NCBI GenBank assembly: GCA_038231275.1
Contig: JBBRLQ010000002.1
Span: 1 to 64,000, forward strand
Direction of reading: 5' to 3'
Length of the DNA stretch: 64,000 nt
Origin: Polyangiales bacterium
GTDB lineage: Bacteria; Myxococcota_A; Polyangia; Polyangiales; Polyangiaceae
The notes beneath the pieces are model-generated. The model searched no databases and was not told where the DNA came from. It saw only the letters and a list, made by a program, of their open reading frames with translations. A program made the translations under genes and the position numbers. This document shows positions 35,669-45,971 of this stretch, in pieces; position 1 is the first letter of the stretch; every line of letters starts with the position of its first letter.

Positions 35669-38600
35669 CTATTGCCCGAGGAGGCGGCTGACCGAGCCCA
35701 CCAGGATCAGGCGGTCGTCGTTGGTGTCCGCGACGTACAGCCGAGAGGTGAACAATGGCGTCGGCTCCACGGCCACTCCTGCGGGCCCGGCCATGGTCAG
35801 CCCGCCGCTCGCGCCGAGGAGCGACTGGGCGCTCACGCCGGTGCCGTCGGCCGGAAGCGAAAAGACCGCGACGCGAGGCTGGTCGCGGTCGACGACGTAG
35901 ATGTTGGCGCCGTCGTGGGCGAGCGCGACGGGCCCGGCAAGGCGCCCCCGATCGGCGGCGGACGACGCGGCGCCGCGGCTCGTCAGGTCGAGCTGACCGA
36001 GGACCGACGAGGCCGCCGCGCCGCTGGCCGTCGGGATCGTCGCGAAGCGGAGGACGCGGTTGTTGCCCGCGTCGGCGATGAAGAGAGCGCCGCCCGCGAC
36101 GTCCACCGCCGTCGGGTTCGCGAGCGTGTCGGCGCCCGCGACGCCGGCGCCGTGGTTGGGTAAGGCGTCGCCACCGCCGGCCTGGCCGAGGACGAGGTCG
36201 GCCGGCTGGCCGCTCGTGGTCGGGAACGCGTTCCACACGAGCACGCGGCTGTTGCCCGTGTCGGCGACGAAGAGGCGCGTGCCGTCGGAGTAGACACCTT
36301 CGGGCGCGCGCAGTGTCGCGAGCGCAGGAGCGCCTCCCGCGTTCGGCGCGTTCTTGTCGAAGCCGGTCTGCCCGAGCACGACAACGGCGTCGGGGCTCGG
36401 GCTCGTGGCGTCGAAGACGAGGACGCGATGGTTGCCGGTGTCGGCGATGACCACGTGCGCCGCGTCGACGTGAACGCCGCGCGGGAGCTGGAGGGACCGC
36501 GCCGACGGAGCGCCGCCCGAGTTGGGGAGGATGAGGTTGGCGTCCGGCTGTCCAATCACGCGCGTCGGGAGATCGCCCGCCTTGGGCGGCGTCGACAGGA
36601 CGACGACGCGGTGATGGCCCGTATCGGCGACGTAGAGGTTGGTCCCGAATCGCGCGAGGCCGTGCGGACGTCCCGATACTCCACCGCTCGCCGCGCTCGC
36701 TTGGTTGAATCCATTCGACACGGGCGAGGGCTGTCCGACGAACGTCGTCGCTGGCGCGCCCGTCGGAGGCGCAGTCGCGACGTTCCACCCGAGCACGCGA
36801 TGGTTCGCGGCGTCGGCGACGAAGAGCGTCGCGCCGTCGGTAGCGAGGCCGCTCGGCTCGGACAACGATCCCGCGCCGAGCCCTGGCCCGTTCGCGGTCG
36901 CGCCGCTCACCGTGGTTTGCCCCAGCACCGCGACGTGCGCGAGCGTCGTCGGATCGAAGACGTGCACGCGGTTGGAGTCACGCTCCGAGACGTAGATGCC
37001 CGAATCGGTCGCCACGACGCCGAGCGGGCGAAGGACCGTCGCGGCGTTCGTGGGGGGAGACACCCACACGCCGACGTTGACGCTGGACTGCGGAAAGTAG
37101 TTGAGGTCCGAGATCGTCGTTGCGTTCGGCTGCCCCACCCACGCGTCGGCGACGGGCGCGGTGAAGGCGTTGACGACGCGGACGGCGCGGTTGTTCTCGG
37201 TGTCGGCGACCCAGAGCGACGTCCCGCGAATGGATACGGCGCTCGGGAGATCGAAGCCGTCGGCGCTCGCGGAGTACGCTCCTCCGCCGCGGTTCGGCTG
37301 GTTGGCCGTGAACGACGCTTGGCCGAGGACGGCGTCCGCCGGCGCATCGTTTGTCGTCGGGATCGTGTTCCACACGAGGACGCGGTGGTTCAACCGATCG
37401 GCGACAACGAGGTGAGTCCCGTCGGTCGCGACGCCCTCCGGGTAGAACATCCCGTTCGCCGCAGCGTCCGAGAATCCGTCGGCCGGCGCGACGTCGCCGC
37501 GTCCGTGATTGGGCCGGCGACCCGCGAAATCGGCCTGGCCGAGCACGACGTTGGCGGGAGCGCCGGAGGTCGTGGGCACGGGGCTCCAGATCAAGACGCG
37601 GTGGTTCTCGCTGTCGGCGACGACGAGGTGGGTCGCGTCGAGGGCCACGCCTCCGGGCCCGGACATCCGCGAGGCCGTCGCGCTGACGATGTCCCCGTTG
37701 GCCACGTAGCCCCTCGCGTCGGTCTGACCGAGGACCACCTTCGCCGCGGCGGGCGGCGCGCCGAGGTCGGCTTGATCGTAAATCGTCACGCGGTTGTTGC
37801 CGCGATCGGCGACGGCCACCTTGCCCCCGGAGACGGCGACTGCCCCCGGCGACGCCAGCGTGGTGGCACCGATTCCGCGGTAGTCGACGGGCAGGTTGGT
37901 CGAGAACCCAGCCTGTCCGAAGACGAACGACGCCGGCTCGTAGTTGTACGTGGGCCCGTCGAATACGAGGAGACGATTGCCGTCGGGGACGAGAAGGCGG
38001 TTACCTGCGCCGCTCAGCTTCGTGACACCCGAGCATGACGAGGCGTTCACGAAGCCGGTGACGGTGCGCGTCGAATCGGGCTGTCCGAGCACGAAGTCGT
38101 AGACGGGATTGGCCGCGGTCGGGATGGCCTTGAAGACCCCGATGCGCTGCGAGCTGTTGTCGCGCACCGCGAGGCCGCCGCCGATCTGCGCGAGCGACGC
38201 GGGCGTGTACGTCGTGTCCGGTTGGACGCGGCTGAAGCTGTACGTCGCGAAATCGGGCGTCGGGTTCATCGCGACGGCCGAAGGGACGTGCATCACCCCC
38301 GTGAAGCCGAACTGGCTGCTCACGAACGCGCCCTGCGCCGACAGCGACACGCCCCACGCCTGGTAAATCGGCGCCGCGCCTTGGTCGATGCCGTTCGACG
38401 TGAACGACGGCTGCCCGATCACGCTCGTCGCGGCTTGCCCGAGCGACACCGGGAAGGTGTCCCAAAGGAGCACGCGATGGTTCAACAGATCGGCGACCGC
38501 CAGGCGCGTGCCATCCGAGTCGACCTGCGCCGCGTTATGGAGCGAGCTCGCCGAGACGCCTCCGTTGTTCGTGATGTCGGTCGAAAAATCTTGCTGGCCC

Positions 38601-39502
38601 AGCACGAGGTCGGCGGGCGCGAACGTCGCCGTCGGGAGCGTGCTCCACACGAGGATGCGGCTGCCGGTGCCGACGACGAGCTTCGTCCCGTTCGACCACA
38701 CCGCGCCGACGCCGCCTCGGAAGACCGACGACGAGGCCGTGGTCGACGTCGTGTTGAGATCGGCCTGGCCGAGGATCATGTCGGGCGCTTGACCGGGCGA
38801 CGTGGGCAGGCCCTTGTAGACGAGGAGGCGCGCGCCATTCCCCACGTAGAGGCGAGTCCCGTCCCAATATGCAGCGCCGACGCCGTTCGTCGCGATGCTG
38901 CGAAGAATGCTCGCGGGATCCTTCGTCGAGTTGACGTCGATGCCTGCGTAGCCGTCCACAGTCCATCCTCCCGAGCGCTTCGTCACGCCGAAGGTGCCGC
39001 TGTCCGTGACGATGCCTGCGACCCCCGAGGGCTGCGCCGAGGACGTGCCCACGAGCGCCGAGCCTCCTTGCGGCTTGTAGACGAAGAGCGCGGAGGCGGC
39101 GTCGACCGCGCCGTCGAGCGCGATCGCGAGGCTCAGCTCCTGCTTGAGCGCGCCGCCTTGGGGAAGCGCCACCTCGCACAAAAACGCGCCGACCGCGTCG
39201 CCCACGATCTCGGCGGGGACCGGCTTTTCGGCGAGCCCGACGGCCGTGCCGAGCGGAAGGGTGCCGCGCGGCGCCGTGAGCCTGCAGTGCCCCTCGACGC
39301 AGCCCCCGGCGAGCCGCTCTTCGGTGCACTGCGCTCCGGGCGGTGCGGTGTCCGGCCCCGCATCGACCACCACGTCCGGCGACGCGTCGGGCAGCCCGTT
39401 GTCGGCGCTCGAGTCCGTTCCGCACCCGAGCGCCCCCATCCCTGAGAGCGCGCCCGCCAAGGCGATCCCCGACACCACCCCAATTCGCATGGCAAACCTC
39501 AT
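35669..39502 (-). CDS. Large NHL-repeat lipoprotein
   Basis: Lipobox ALGC; many repeats of P.GV..DG..L.VAD..NHRVL.W and VLGQ.DF. Confidence 0.9.
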   Translation of the reverse strand: MRFAMRIGVVSGIALAGALSGMGALGCGTDSSADNGLPDASPDVVVDAGPDTAPPGAQCTEERLAGGCVEGHCRLTAPRGTLPLGTAVGLAEKPVPAEIVGDAVGAFLCEVALPQGGALKQELSLAIALDGAVDAASALFVYKPQGGSALVGTSSAQPSGVAGIVTDSGTFGVTKRSGGWTVDGYAGIDVNSTKDPASILRSIATNGVGAAYWDGTRLYVGNGARLLVYKGLPTSPGQAPDMILGQADLNTTSTTASSSVFRGGVGAVWSNGTKLVVGTGSRILVWSTLPTATFAPADLVLGQQDFSTDITNNGGVSASSLHNAAQVDSDGTRLAVADLLNHRVLLWDTFPVSLGQAATSVIGQPSFTSNGIDQGAAPIYQAWGVSLSAQGAFVSSQFGFTGVMHVPSAVAMNPTPDFATYSFSRVQPDTTYTPASLAQIGGGLAVRDNSSQRIGVFKAIPTAANPVYDFVLGQPDSTRTVTGFVNASSCSGVTKLSGAGNRLLVPDGNRLLVFDGPTYNYEPASFVFGQAGFSTNLPVDYRGIGATTLASPGAVAVSGGKVAVADRGNNRVTIYDQADLGAPPAAAKVVLGQTDARGYVANGDIVSATASRMSGPGGVALDATHLVVADSENHRVLIWSPVPTTSGAPANVVLGQADFAGRRPNHGRGDVAPADGFSDAAANGMFYPEGVATDGTHLVVADRLNHRVLVWNTIPTTNDAPADAVLGQASFTANQPNRGGGAYSASADGFDLPSAVSIRGTSLWVADTENNRAVRVVNAFTAPVADAWVGQPNATTISDLNYFPQSSVNVGVWVSPPTNAATVLRPLGVVATDSGIYVSERDSNRVHVFDPTTLAHVAVLGQTTVSGATANGPGLGAGSLSEPSGLATDGATLFVADAANHRVLGWNVATAPPTGAPATTFVGQPSPVSNGFNQASAASGGVSGRPHGLARFGTNLYVADTGHHRVVVLSTPPKAGDLPTRVIGQPDANLILPNSGGAPSARSLQLPRGVHVDAAHVVIADTGNHRVLVFDATSPSPDAVVVLGQTGFDKNAPNAGGAPALATLRAPEGVYSDGTRLFVADTGNSRVLVWNAFPTTSGQPADLVLGQAGGGDALPNHGAGVAGADTLANPTAVDVAGGALFIADAGNNRVLRFATIPTASGAAASSVLGQLDLTSRGAASSAADRGRLAGPVALAHDGANIYVVDRDQPRVAVFSLPADGTGVSAQSLLGASGGLTMAGPAGVAVEPTPLFTSRLYVADTNDDRLILVGSVSRLLGQ

Positions 39503-39630
39503 CAGTCTTGCTCCGATAAGCGAACTTTCAACTCTAGCACGGCGCGTCTGCCGCACCGCACATGGGCGGCCCGCGCCTTTTCGATCATTGCGTCGAACGA
39601 ATTCGTGCGGCCGCGCTCCCAAGGTGCTGC

Positions 39631-40494
39631 ATGCGCGTCCCGATCCGCGCCTCGATCCCGCTCGCCGCGGCCCTCGGGGCCATCGCCGTCCTCGTCCCGT
39701 CGGGCGACCTCGCCGCGTTCGAGCTCGCGACCACCAAGGGCGGGCACGAGCTTCGGTGGGAGACCGACGCGATCGAGCTGGTCCTCGATCCGAGCTTCAT
39801 CGGCTCGGCGTACGGTGCCGCAGACGCAGCGAGGGATGCGGCGCGGGCGTGGAGCGGCGTCGCGGGCGCCCCGGAGATCCGCGTGACGAACGGGGCGGGC
39901 GGAGACGAGATCGGCGCGATCGGCCGGAACGTCGTGTTCTTCGTGCCGGGTGGGTACCCAAAGGCCAATGGTGCCCTCGCCGTCACGGTCGTCACGTTCG
40001 ACGCCAACGGACGGATCGTGGACGCCGACATCGTCGTCAGCGGCGCGTACCGCTTCGGCGTGCTCGACGCGGCGGCCCGATCGACGGACGAGCGGGCCGC
40101 CCAGGCCGACGCGCCTGGGCCCCTCGCGACGAGCGCGGCCCTTGCCTTTGATGAGAACGACCGCTTCGACCTCGTGCACGTCCTCGCGCACGAGACGGGG
40201 CACCTCCTCGGCCTCGCCGACGCGAAGGGCGACTCCACTGCCGTCATGTTCCGGACGACGGCGCCCAACGACGCGTCGCGACGCGCCCCGAACGCCGACG
40301 ATCTCGGCGGGATACGTGCACTCTACACTCCTGCGTCCCACGGCTGCGCGGGCGCGTCGGTGTCGCCGGTGCCGCCGGCGCCCGGCGTCCCGCTCGGCTC
40401 CGTCGCCCTCCTCGTCGCTGGCGCGCTCGTCCTCGCGGCGCGCTCGCAGCGGGTCAGGTCAGGGCGCGGTCCAGCGTCCGTTGCAGCTCGATGA
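39631..40494 (+). CDS. Matrixin-family zinc metalloprotease with C-terminal membrane anchor
   Basis: HETGHLLGLAD (HExxHxxGxxD), Met-turn AVM, DDLGGIRALY; GC...hydrophobic-RR tail. Confidence 0.85.
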   Translation: MRVPIRASIPLAAALGAIAVLVPSGDLAAFELATTKGGHELRWETDAIELVLDPSFIGSAYGAADAARDAARAWSGVAGAPEIRVTNGAGGDEIGAIGRNVVFFVPGGYPKANGALAVTVVTFDANGRIVDADIVVSGAYRFGVLDAAARSTDERAAQADAPGPLATSAALAFDENDRFDLVHVLAHETGHLLGLADAKGDSTAVMFRTTAPNDASRRAPNADDLGGIRALYTPASHGCAGASVSPVPPAPGVPLGSVALLVAGALVLAARSQRVRSGRGPASVAAR

Positions 40495-41065
40495 GATCGA
40501 CCAGATCCTCGACGTAGTCCATCTTCGTGGTGTCGATCCTGACGATCGGCGACAGATCGTAGGACCCGAACCATCGCCCATAGAGCCGATGAAGGCGCCG
40601 CAGGTACGCGTCGGGGATCGTCTGCTCCATCGCGCGGCCTCGCGTCTGGATCCGCTTCTTCGTCGCGCCGAGCGAGCAGGTGATCGCGATGAGCACATCC
40701 GGCGGGCGCAGCATCCGGCGGATGCCAGTGTAGAGGCGCTGGTAGACCTCCCAGTCGCGCTTCGTCATCATCTTTTGCTCGAAGAGGTTGCGCGCGAAGA
40801 TCTCCGCGTCCTCGTAGATCGTGCGATCGATGACCGCCGGCTTTCCGCCGCGCTCGAGCTCCTGGTGCAGCTCCAACTTGTGCGCGAGGAAGTAGCACTG
40901 CGACGCGAGCGCCCAGCGCTTCATGTCGCGGTAGAAATCCTCGAGGTACGGGTTCGTCTCGTTCGGCTCGAAGAACGGCGTGTAGCCGTAGCGTTTGACG
41001 AGCCACGCGACGAGCGACGTCTTGCCCGCGCCGATCGTCCCGGCGACCGCGACGTACCGCTTCAT
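40454..41065 (-). CDS. Deoxynucleoside kinase
   Basis: GTIGAGKT P-loop, NPYLEDFY, DRTIYED, RGR lid. Confidence 0.95.
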   Translation of the reverse strand: MKRYVAVAGTIGAGKTSLVAWLVKRYGYTPFFEPNETNPYLEDFYRDMKRWALASQCYFLAHKLELHQELERGGKPAVIDRTIYEDAEIFARNLFEQKMMTKRDWEVYQRLYTGIRRMLRPPDVLIAITCSLGATKKRIQTRGRAMEQTIPDAYLRRLHRLYGRWFGSYDLSPIVRIDTTKMDYVEDLVDLIELQRTLDRALT

Positions 41066-41286
41066 CGCTTGGCGGGGGTCTCGCCGCTCGCGCGCCTTGC
41101 TTCGCAGAAGGCGCGCAGGCTCTTGGCGTGCTCTTCGATCCGTCGGAGCTGCTCGTCGTCGGTAGCGTCTTTCGCGTCGAGGAGGAGCTCGCTGAGCTGC
41201 GCGAGGTCCCGGGGCTGCGCGACGGTACGCAGCTCGACCAGCGCAATTTCGATGAGGTCGACGACGGAGTCTCGCAGCTCGGTCAT
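41062..41286 (-). CDS. Small hypothetical protein
   Basis: 74 aa helical; fills the gap between glgX and dNK with an ATGA overlap. Confidence 0.65.
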   Translation of the reverse strand: MTELRDSVVDLIEIALVELRTVAQPRDLAQLSELLLDAKDATDDEQLRRIEEHAKSLRAFCEARRASGETPAKR

Positions 41287-41298
41287 GCGCCCTTCAGC

Positions 41299-43458
41299 CT
41301 ACCATGTCGACACGCGGCGCGGCCGCCACGAGCCGCGGATCGGCGCAGTTCTTCGCAGCAGGATCACGCTGTGGGGGACCAGCGCGCGGTTGTCGCCGGG
41401 TTCGAGGATGGTGACCTTTGCGAGGGGCGGGAACGTCTCCTCCTTGGTGTCGAACACGATCTCCCAGGATTCGCCCCACTCCGCGGCGGGGACCCTGAAC
41501 ACGATCTCCGCCGCCGACGCGTTCATGACGAGGAGGAACGAGTCGCCCACGACCTCGTGCCCCGCGTCGTCCATCCACCCGAGCGCGTCGCCTGCCAAGA
41601 GGAGCGCGATCGCCGCCCGCTCCGGCTTCTGCCAGTCGGTCAACGACATCTCCGCCCCGTCGCACCGGAACCAGGCGATGTCCTTCGAGAGGCTGCCCGC
41701 CACTCTCTCTCCGCGCAGGAACTGGCGGCGCCGGAACACGGGCTCGCGCGCGCGCAGGGCCACGAGATCGCTCGTCCATGCCAGCTGCGCGCGTCGCGCA
41801 TCGTCGAGCCGCCAGTCGAGCCACGAGATCTCGTTGTCCTGGCAGTAGGGGTTGTTGTTGCCGCCCTGCGTCTTTCCCATCTCGTCGCCGCTCGTGATCA
41901 TCGGCACGCCTTGCGAGAGGAGCAGCGTCGCGAGCAGGTTGCGCTGCTGGCGCCTGCGGAGCTCGTTCACGGCCGGATCGGCGGTCTCGCCCTCGACGCC
42001 GCAGTTCCAGCTCGCGTTGTCGTCCGACCCGTCGCGGTTGTCCTCGCCGTTCGACTGGTTCCGCTTCTTCTGGTAGCTGACCAGATCGCGAATGGTGAAG
42101 CCATCGTGCGCCGTGATGAAGTTGATGCTCGCGTGCGGATGGCGTCCGTCGTCCTCGTAGAGATCGCTCGAGCCGGTGAGCCGGAATCCGAGGTCGCCGA
42201 TCTGACCGGCGTCCGCGCACCAGAAGCGGCGCGTCGTGTCGCGGTAGCGACCGTTCCATTCGGTCCACAAAATGGGGAAATTTCCCACCTGGTAGCCGCC
42301 TTCACCGAGATCCCACGGCTCGGCGATGAGCTTCACGTTCGAGAGGATCGGATCCTGATGGACGATGTCGAAGAACGCGCTCAGCTTGTCCACGCTCGCC
42401 GCCTCGCGCGCGAGAGTCGACGCGAGATCGAAGCGAAAGCCGTCTACGCCCATCACGGTCACCCAATACCGGAGGCTGTCCATGATGAGCTTGAGCACCT
42501 GCGGGTGCAGCATGTTGAGCGCGTTGCCGCAGCCCGAGTAATCCTCGTAGAGGAGCGGGTTCTGCGGCTTGAGGCGGTAGTAGGTCCGGTTGTCGATGCC
42601 GCGCAGGCTAATCGACGGGCCCAGCAGATCGCCTTCGCAGGTGTGGTTGTAGACGACGTCGAGCACGACCTCGATGCCCGCCGCGTGGAGCGCGCGGACC
42701 ATCTGCTTCCACTCGGTGACCTGCTCGCCGGGGCGCGACGCGAACCGCTGATCGGGCGCGAAGAAGCCGAGCGTGGAGTAGCCCCAGTAGTTCGTCATGC
42801 CGCGCAAGGCGACGGGCGCCTCGGTCGCGCACTCGTGGACGGGCAAGAGCTCGAGGGTCGTGACGCCGAGGCCCTTCAGGTGCGCGATCGCGGCGGGGTG
42901 CGCGAGGCCGAGGTAGGTGCCGCGGATCGCCTCCGGGATGTCGGGGTGCGTCTTGGTGAACCCCTTCACGTGCGCTTCGTAGACGACCGCGTCGGGCCAC
43001 GGCACGTCGGGACGCGGGACGTTCCCCCAGTCGAAGTCGTCCTGGACGACGATCGCGCGCGGGACGAAAGGAGCGTCGTCGTGCTCGTCCTTTCGCTGCT
43101 CTTCGGGGCGACCCGCGAAGGCGCGCACCGGGCCGCGGTGATCGACCTTGCCAAGGACGGCGCGTGCGTACGGGTCGAGCACCAGCTTCTGCGGGTTGAA
43201 CCAGTGACCGGCGGCGGGCTCATACCGTCCATCGACGCGGTAGCCGTAGCGCTGTCCGGGCAAGATGCCGGGGACGTATCCGTGAAACACGTAGGCCGTG
43301 CGCTCGCGGAGCAGGATGCGTTCTTCACGCCCTTCGGCGTCGAAGAGGCACAGCGTGACGGCGCGCGCGTTCTCGGAGAAGAGGGCGAAGTTCACGCCGT
43401 GGCCGTCGAACGTGGCTCCGAGCGGACCGGGACGCCCCGGCCTGAGGGAGAAGCTCAT
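41299..43458 (-). CDS. glgX: Glycogen debranching enzyme
   Basis: GVNFALFS, YEAHVKGFT, NYWGY, DVVYNHT, DGFRFDLA, IAEPWD, AHDGFT. Confidence 0.97.
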   Translation of the reverse strand: MSFSLRPGRPGPLGATFDGHGVNFALFSENARAVTLCLFDAEGREERILLRERTAYVFHGYVPGILPGQRYGYRVDGRYEPAAGHWFNPQKLVLDPYARAVLGKVDHRGPVRAFAGRPEEQRKDEHDDAPFVPRAIVVQDDFDWGNVPRPDVPWPDAVVYEAHVKGFTKTHPDIPEAIRGTYLGLAHPAAIAHLKGLGVTTLELLPVHECATEAPVALRGMTNYWGYSTLGFFAPDQRFASRPGEQVTEWKQMVRALHAAGIEVVLDVVYNHTCEGDLLGPSISLRGIDNRTYYRLKPQNPLLYEDYSGCGNALNMLHPQVLKLIMDSLRYWVTVMGVDGFRFDLASTLAREAASVDKLSAFFDIVHQDPILSNVKLIAEPWDLGEGGYQVGNFPILWTEWNGRYRDTTRRFWCADAGQIGDLGFRLTGSSDLYEDDGRHPHASINFITAHDGFTIRDLVSYQKKRNQSNGEDNRDGSDDNASWNCGVEGETADPAVNELRRRQQRNLLATLLLSQGVPMITSGDEMGKTQGGNNNPYCQDNEISWLDWRLDDARRAQLAWTSDLVALRAREPVFRRRQFLRGERVAGSLSKDIAWFRCDGAEMSLTDWQKPERAAIALLLAGDALGWMDDAGHEVVGDSFLLVMNASAAEIVFRVPAAEWGESWEIVFDTKEETFPPLAKVTILEPGDNRALVPHSVILLRRTAPIRGSWRPRRVSTW

Positions 43459-43476
43459 CGAAGCTCTTATATCAGG

Positions 43477-45036
43477 TCAGCGCGCGCGGCCGGTCCGCTG
43501 CGCGATGCGGCGAAGGCGGGCCATGCGGGCCTCGACGTCCGTGTCGCAGGCGAGCTCTTCGAGCGGGCGCGGCAAGCGGTACATCCAGTTGTCGCCTCCG
43601 ACGGTGCCGGGCGTGTTGATGCGCGCGCCCTCCCCGAGGATCTCCTGCGGAAGCATCAGCGCGAGGTCGGCGCCGCTCCCGAGGAGCGTGTCGGTCAGCG
43701 CGAGGAGCCTCGCGTCGTCGGTCATGGTCGGCTTCACGCCGGCGATCTCGGAGAGCGCGTCGCGATCCTTCTTCGGCAGCTCGGCCCACCACGACGTGAT
43801 CGGCGCGGTGTCGTGGGTGCTGAGCGACGCGACGCTCGACGCCGGAAAGCCGGCGGGGTCGCGGAAGCCGGTCTCGTCCTGCTCCCACGGGATGACGCGG
43901 TAGCCCGGGAGACCCAGCTCTTTCATCGTCGCGCGCACGAACGGTGGGATGACTCCGAGATCCTCTGCGATCACTCTGGCAGGCGCCGCCTCGGCGAGGA
44001 TCACCGACAGCACGCGTGCGCCGCGGGCGATTTGCGCCTCTTCGTTCGCGGGATCGAAGCGCCCGGGGCCGCGTCCGTCGCCGGCGGTTCGTGGACGGAC
44101 CCATTGGCGGAAGTAACCCACGACGTGATCGAGGCGGAAGCGATCGTAGAGGCGCGCCGCATGACGAGTGCGCGCCCGGTGCCACGAGAGATCGTCCTCG
44201 TCCATCGCAGCCCAGTCGTAGGCGGGCAGACCCCAGTCTTGCCCGTCCGGGCTGAACGCGTCGGGCGGCGCGCCGAGCGACACGTCCTGGCGGAACTGGG
44301 TCGCGTGCCCCCAGACGTCCGCGCTCTCGCCGCCGACGATGAAGGGGACGTCTCCCATCAGCTCGACGCTGAGCCCGCGAAGCTCGCCGCGCGCGCGGTC
44401 CCATTGCACGTGGGCGCACCACTGCAGGTACTGGTGCTCCAGAATCGCGAGCTTCGATTTCTCCCGCGCGGCCGCGAGAGCATCGGCCTTGCGCGTGCGC
44501 TCGCCGTCGGGCCACGTCTCCCAGCCGTATCCACCGTGCGCGTCGCGGAGGGCGACGTAGAGCGCGAGATCGTCGCACCACGACGCCTCGCGCGCGACGA
44601 AGGCACGAAAGACCTTCGCGCGCGGCGTGCCCTTCAGCCAGTGCTCGCGGTGAAAGCGCTCGAACGCGGCGTGGAGGACGCGAGACTTGAGCGTGCGGAC
44701 GGCGGCGTAGTCGACCCGCGCGGCGGCACGAACGCGCGCGAGCTCGCGCTCTCCTTCCCGACCGAGCGCGGCGCGGATCGCGTCTTCGTCGAGATCCTCG
44801 ACGTCACGCACGGCGATGTAGACGGGGTCCAGACCGAAGGACGTGCGCGCGCCGTAAGGGCTCGACTCCCCCGCCGCCAGCTCGTACGGCGGAAGGAGCT
44901 GGACGAGCCCCATCCCTGCGCGCTCGAGCCATGCGGCGCAAAGCGGCAGATCGGCGATCTCGCCGATGCCCCAGTCCCGCGTGGAGCGGATGGAAAAGAG
45001 CGGGATCGTGCAGCCTGCGACGCGGGAGCGAGACAT
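43477..45036 (-). CDS. malQ: 4-alpha-glucanotransferase (amylomaltase)
   Basis: SSPY, GAPPDAFSPDGQDWGLP, FRLDHVVG, IAEDLG, THDT, INTPGT..NW. Confidence 0.95.
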   Translation of the reverse strand: MSRSRVAGCTIPLFSIRSTRDWGIGEIADLPLCAAWLERAGMGLVQLLPPYELAAGESSPYGARTSFGLDPVYIAVRDVEDLDEDAIRAALGREGERELARVRAAARVDYAAVRTLKSRVLHAAFERFHREHWLKGTPRAKVFRAFVAREASWCDDLALYVALRDAHGGYGWETWPDGERTRKADALAAAREKSKLAILEHQYLQWCAHVQWDRARGELRGLSVELMGDVPFIVGGESADVWGHATQFRQDVSLGAPPDAFSPDGQDWGLPAYDWAAMDEDDLSWHRARTRHAARLYDRFRLDHVVGYFRQWVRPRTAGDGRGPGRFDPANEEAQIARGARVLSVILAEAAPARVIAEDLGVIPPFVRATMKELGLPGYRVIPWEQDETGFRDPAGFPASSVASLSTHDTAPITSWWAELPKKDRDALSEIAGVKPTMTDDARLLALTDTLLGSGADLALMLPQEILGEGARINTPGTVGGDNWMYRLPRPLEELACDTDVEARMARLRRIAQRTGRAR

Positions 45037-45142
45037 GCGTTCCCGGGCATGTCGCACACCCGCTAGGCCCGCGCAAGGAGAACGTCACGCAGGTATGAGT
45101 TGCGAGCGCTCGACCCAAGGAAGCCCGGCAGATGGCACACTA

Positions 45143-45922
45143 ATGGAGGTGCGCATCTCCGGCTTCTCCGGCTTCGCCGTCGCTTCCCTCGCGGTCCACG
45201 TCGCGCTTGCGGTGGTGCTCGCGCGCGGCGCCGCGAAACCCGTGACTGAAGCTCCCCCGAGCACCGCGACGTTGGCGGGCGACACCTTCGAGGTGAACGA
45301 GCCGGGGGATGGAGAGGACATCGACGAGCTGGATCCGACGCCGACGCCGACGCCAACTCCGGCGCCGACTCCGACGCCGGATCCGGATCCGGATCCGACT
45401 CTCACTCCGTCTCCGCGCGCCCAGGCGCGTAGCAAGAGCAAAGCGGCGCGGGCGGCCGCGGCGAATCCTGGTCCCGTGGCCCCGCCGGTCACTGCGTTCG
45501 GCGCGGTCGGCGAGCGCGGCGCAGTCGATCTGCCTACCGCCTTCACGCGCGCGTTTCCGCAAGCCGCGAGCGCCGACCCCGCGTGGTCGCGCGTGCCGTT
45601 CGGCGCGGCGGGGGACTGCGATCTCACGCTGACCCTCGACGAGAATGGCAAGCTCATGTCAACGACGGTCTCCCCCGGCGCGCCCGCTGCGCTGAAGACG
45701 GGGATCTCCCGCACTGTGGCCCTCATCCGCGGGAGGGCGTTCACCGCCGCCGGCGCGCGCACGCGGCTCCACGTCACCGCGAGCGTCGCGCCCGATCAAG
45801 TCCACGACGGCCTCCACGGCGACGTCTTCGCACTGGGCGGCAGCTTCACCGGCGGCCAGGGCAACGCCTTCTTCGCGCTCGCCATCGGTCGCCGCATCGA
45901 CGTCCGAATCGTCGGCCGCTGA
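45143..45922 (+). CDS. Membrane-anchored hypothetical protein with PT/PD linker (TonB-like architecture)
   Basis: SLAVHVALAVVL N-terminal TM, (PT)n(PD)n tract, globular C-terminus. Confidence 0.7.
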   Translation: MEVRISGFSGFAVASLAVHVALAVVLARGAAKPVTEAPPSTATLAGDTFEVNEPGDGEDIDELDPTPTPTPTPAPTPTPDPDPDPTLTPSPRAQARSKSKAARAAAANPGPVAPPVTAFGAVGERGAVDLPTAFTRAFPQAASADPAWSRVPFGAAGDCDLTLTLDENGKLMSTTVSPGAPAALKTGISRTVALIRGRAFTAAGARTRLHVTASVAPDQVHDGLHGDVFALGGSFTGGQGNAFFALAIGRRIDVRIVGR

Positions 45923-45971
45923 CGCGACAGGCGGCTTTGCCCCGCGATCGAGCTCTGCTACGAACGCGCAG

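Noticed and set aside
35669-39000. Recurring sequence units suggesting an array
   Set aside because: Protein-level NHL repeats. No CRISPR-like repeat-spacer structure or cas genes were seen anywhere in the window.
41128-45066. 1312-aa plus-strand ORF and similar long antisense ORFs (e.g. 248-1693, 34230-35900, 55005-56570)
   Set aside because: Shadow frames of real opposite-strand genes (glgX/malQ, serine hydrolase, sigma, polA), expected in high-GC DNA.
45330-45412. Hexamer tandem repeats (CCGACG/CCGGAT)
   Set aside because: They encode a PT/PD linker; not a CRISPR or regulatory array.
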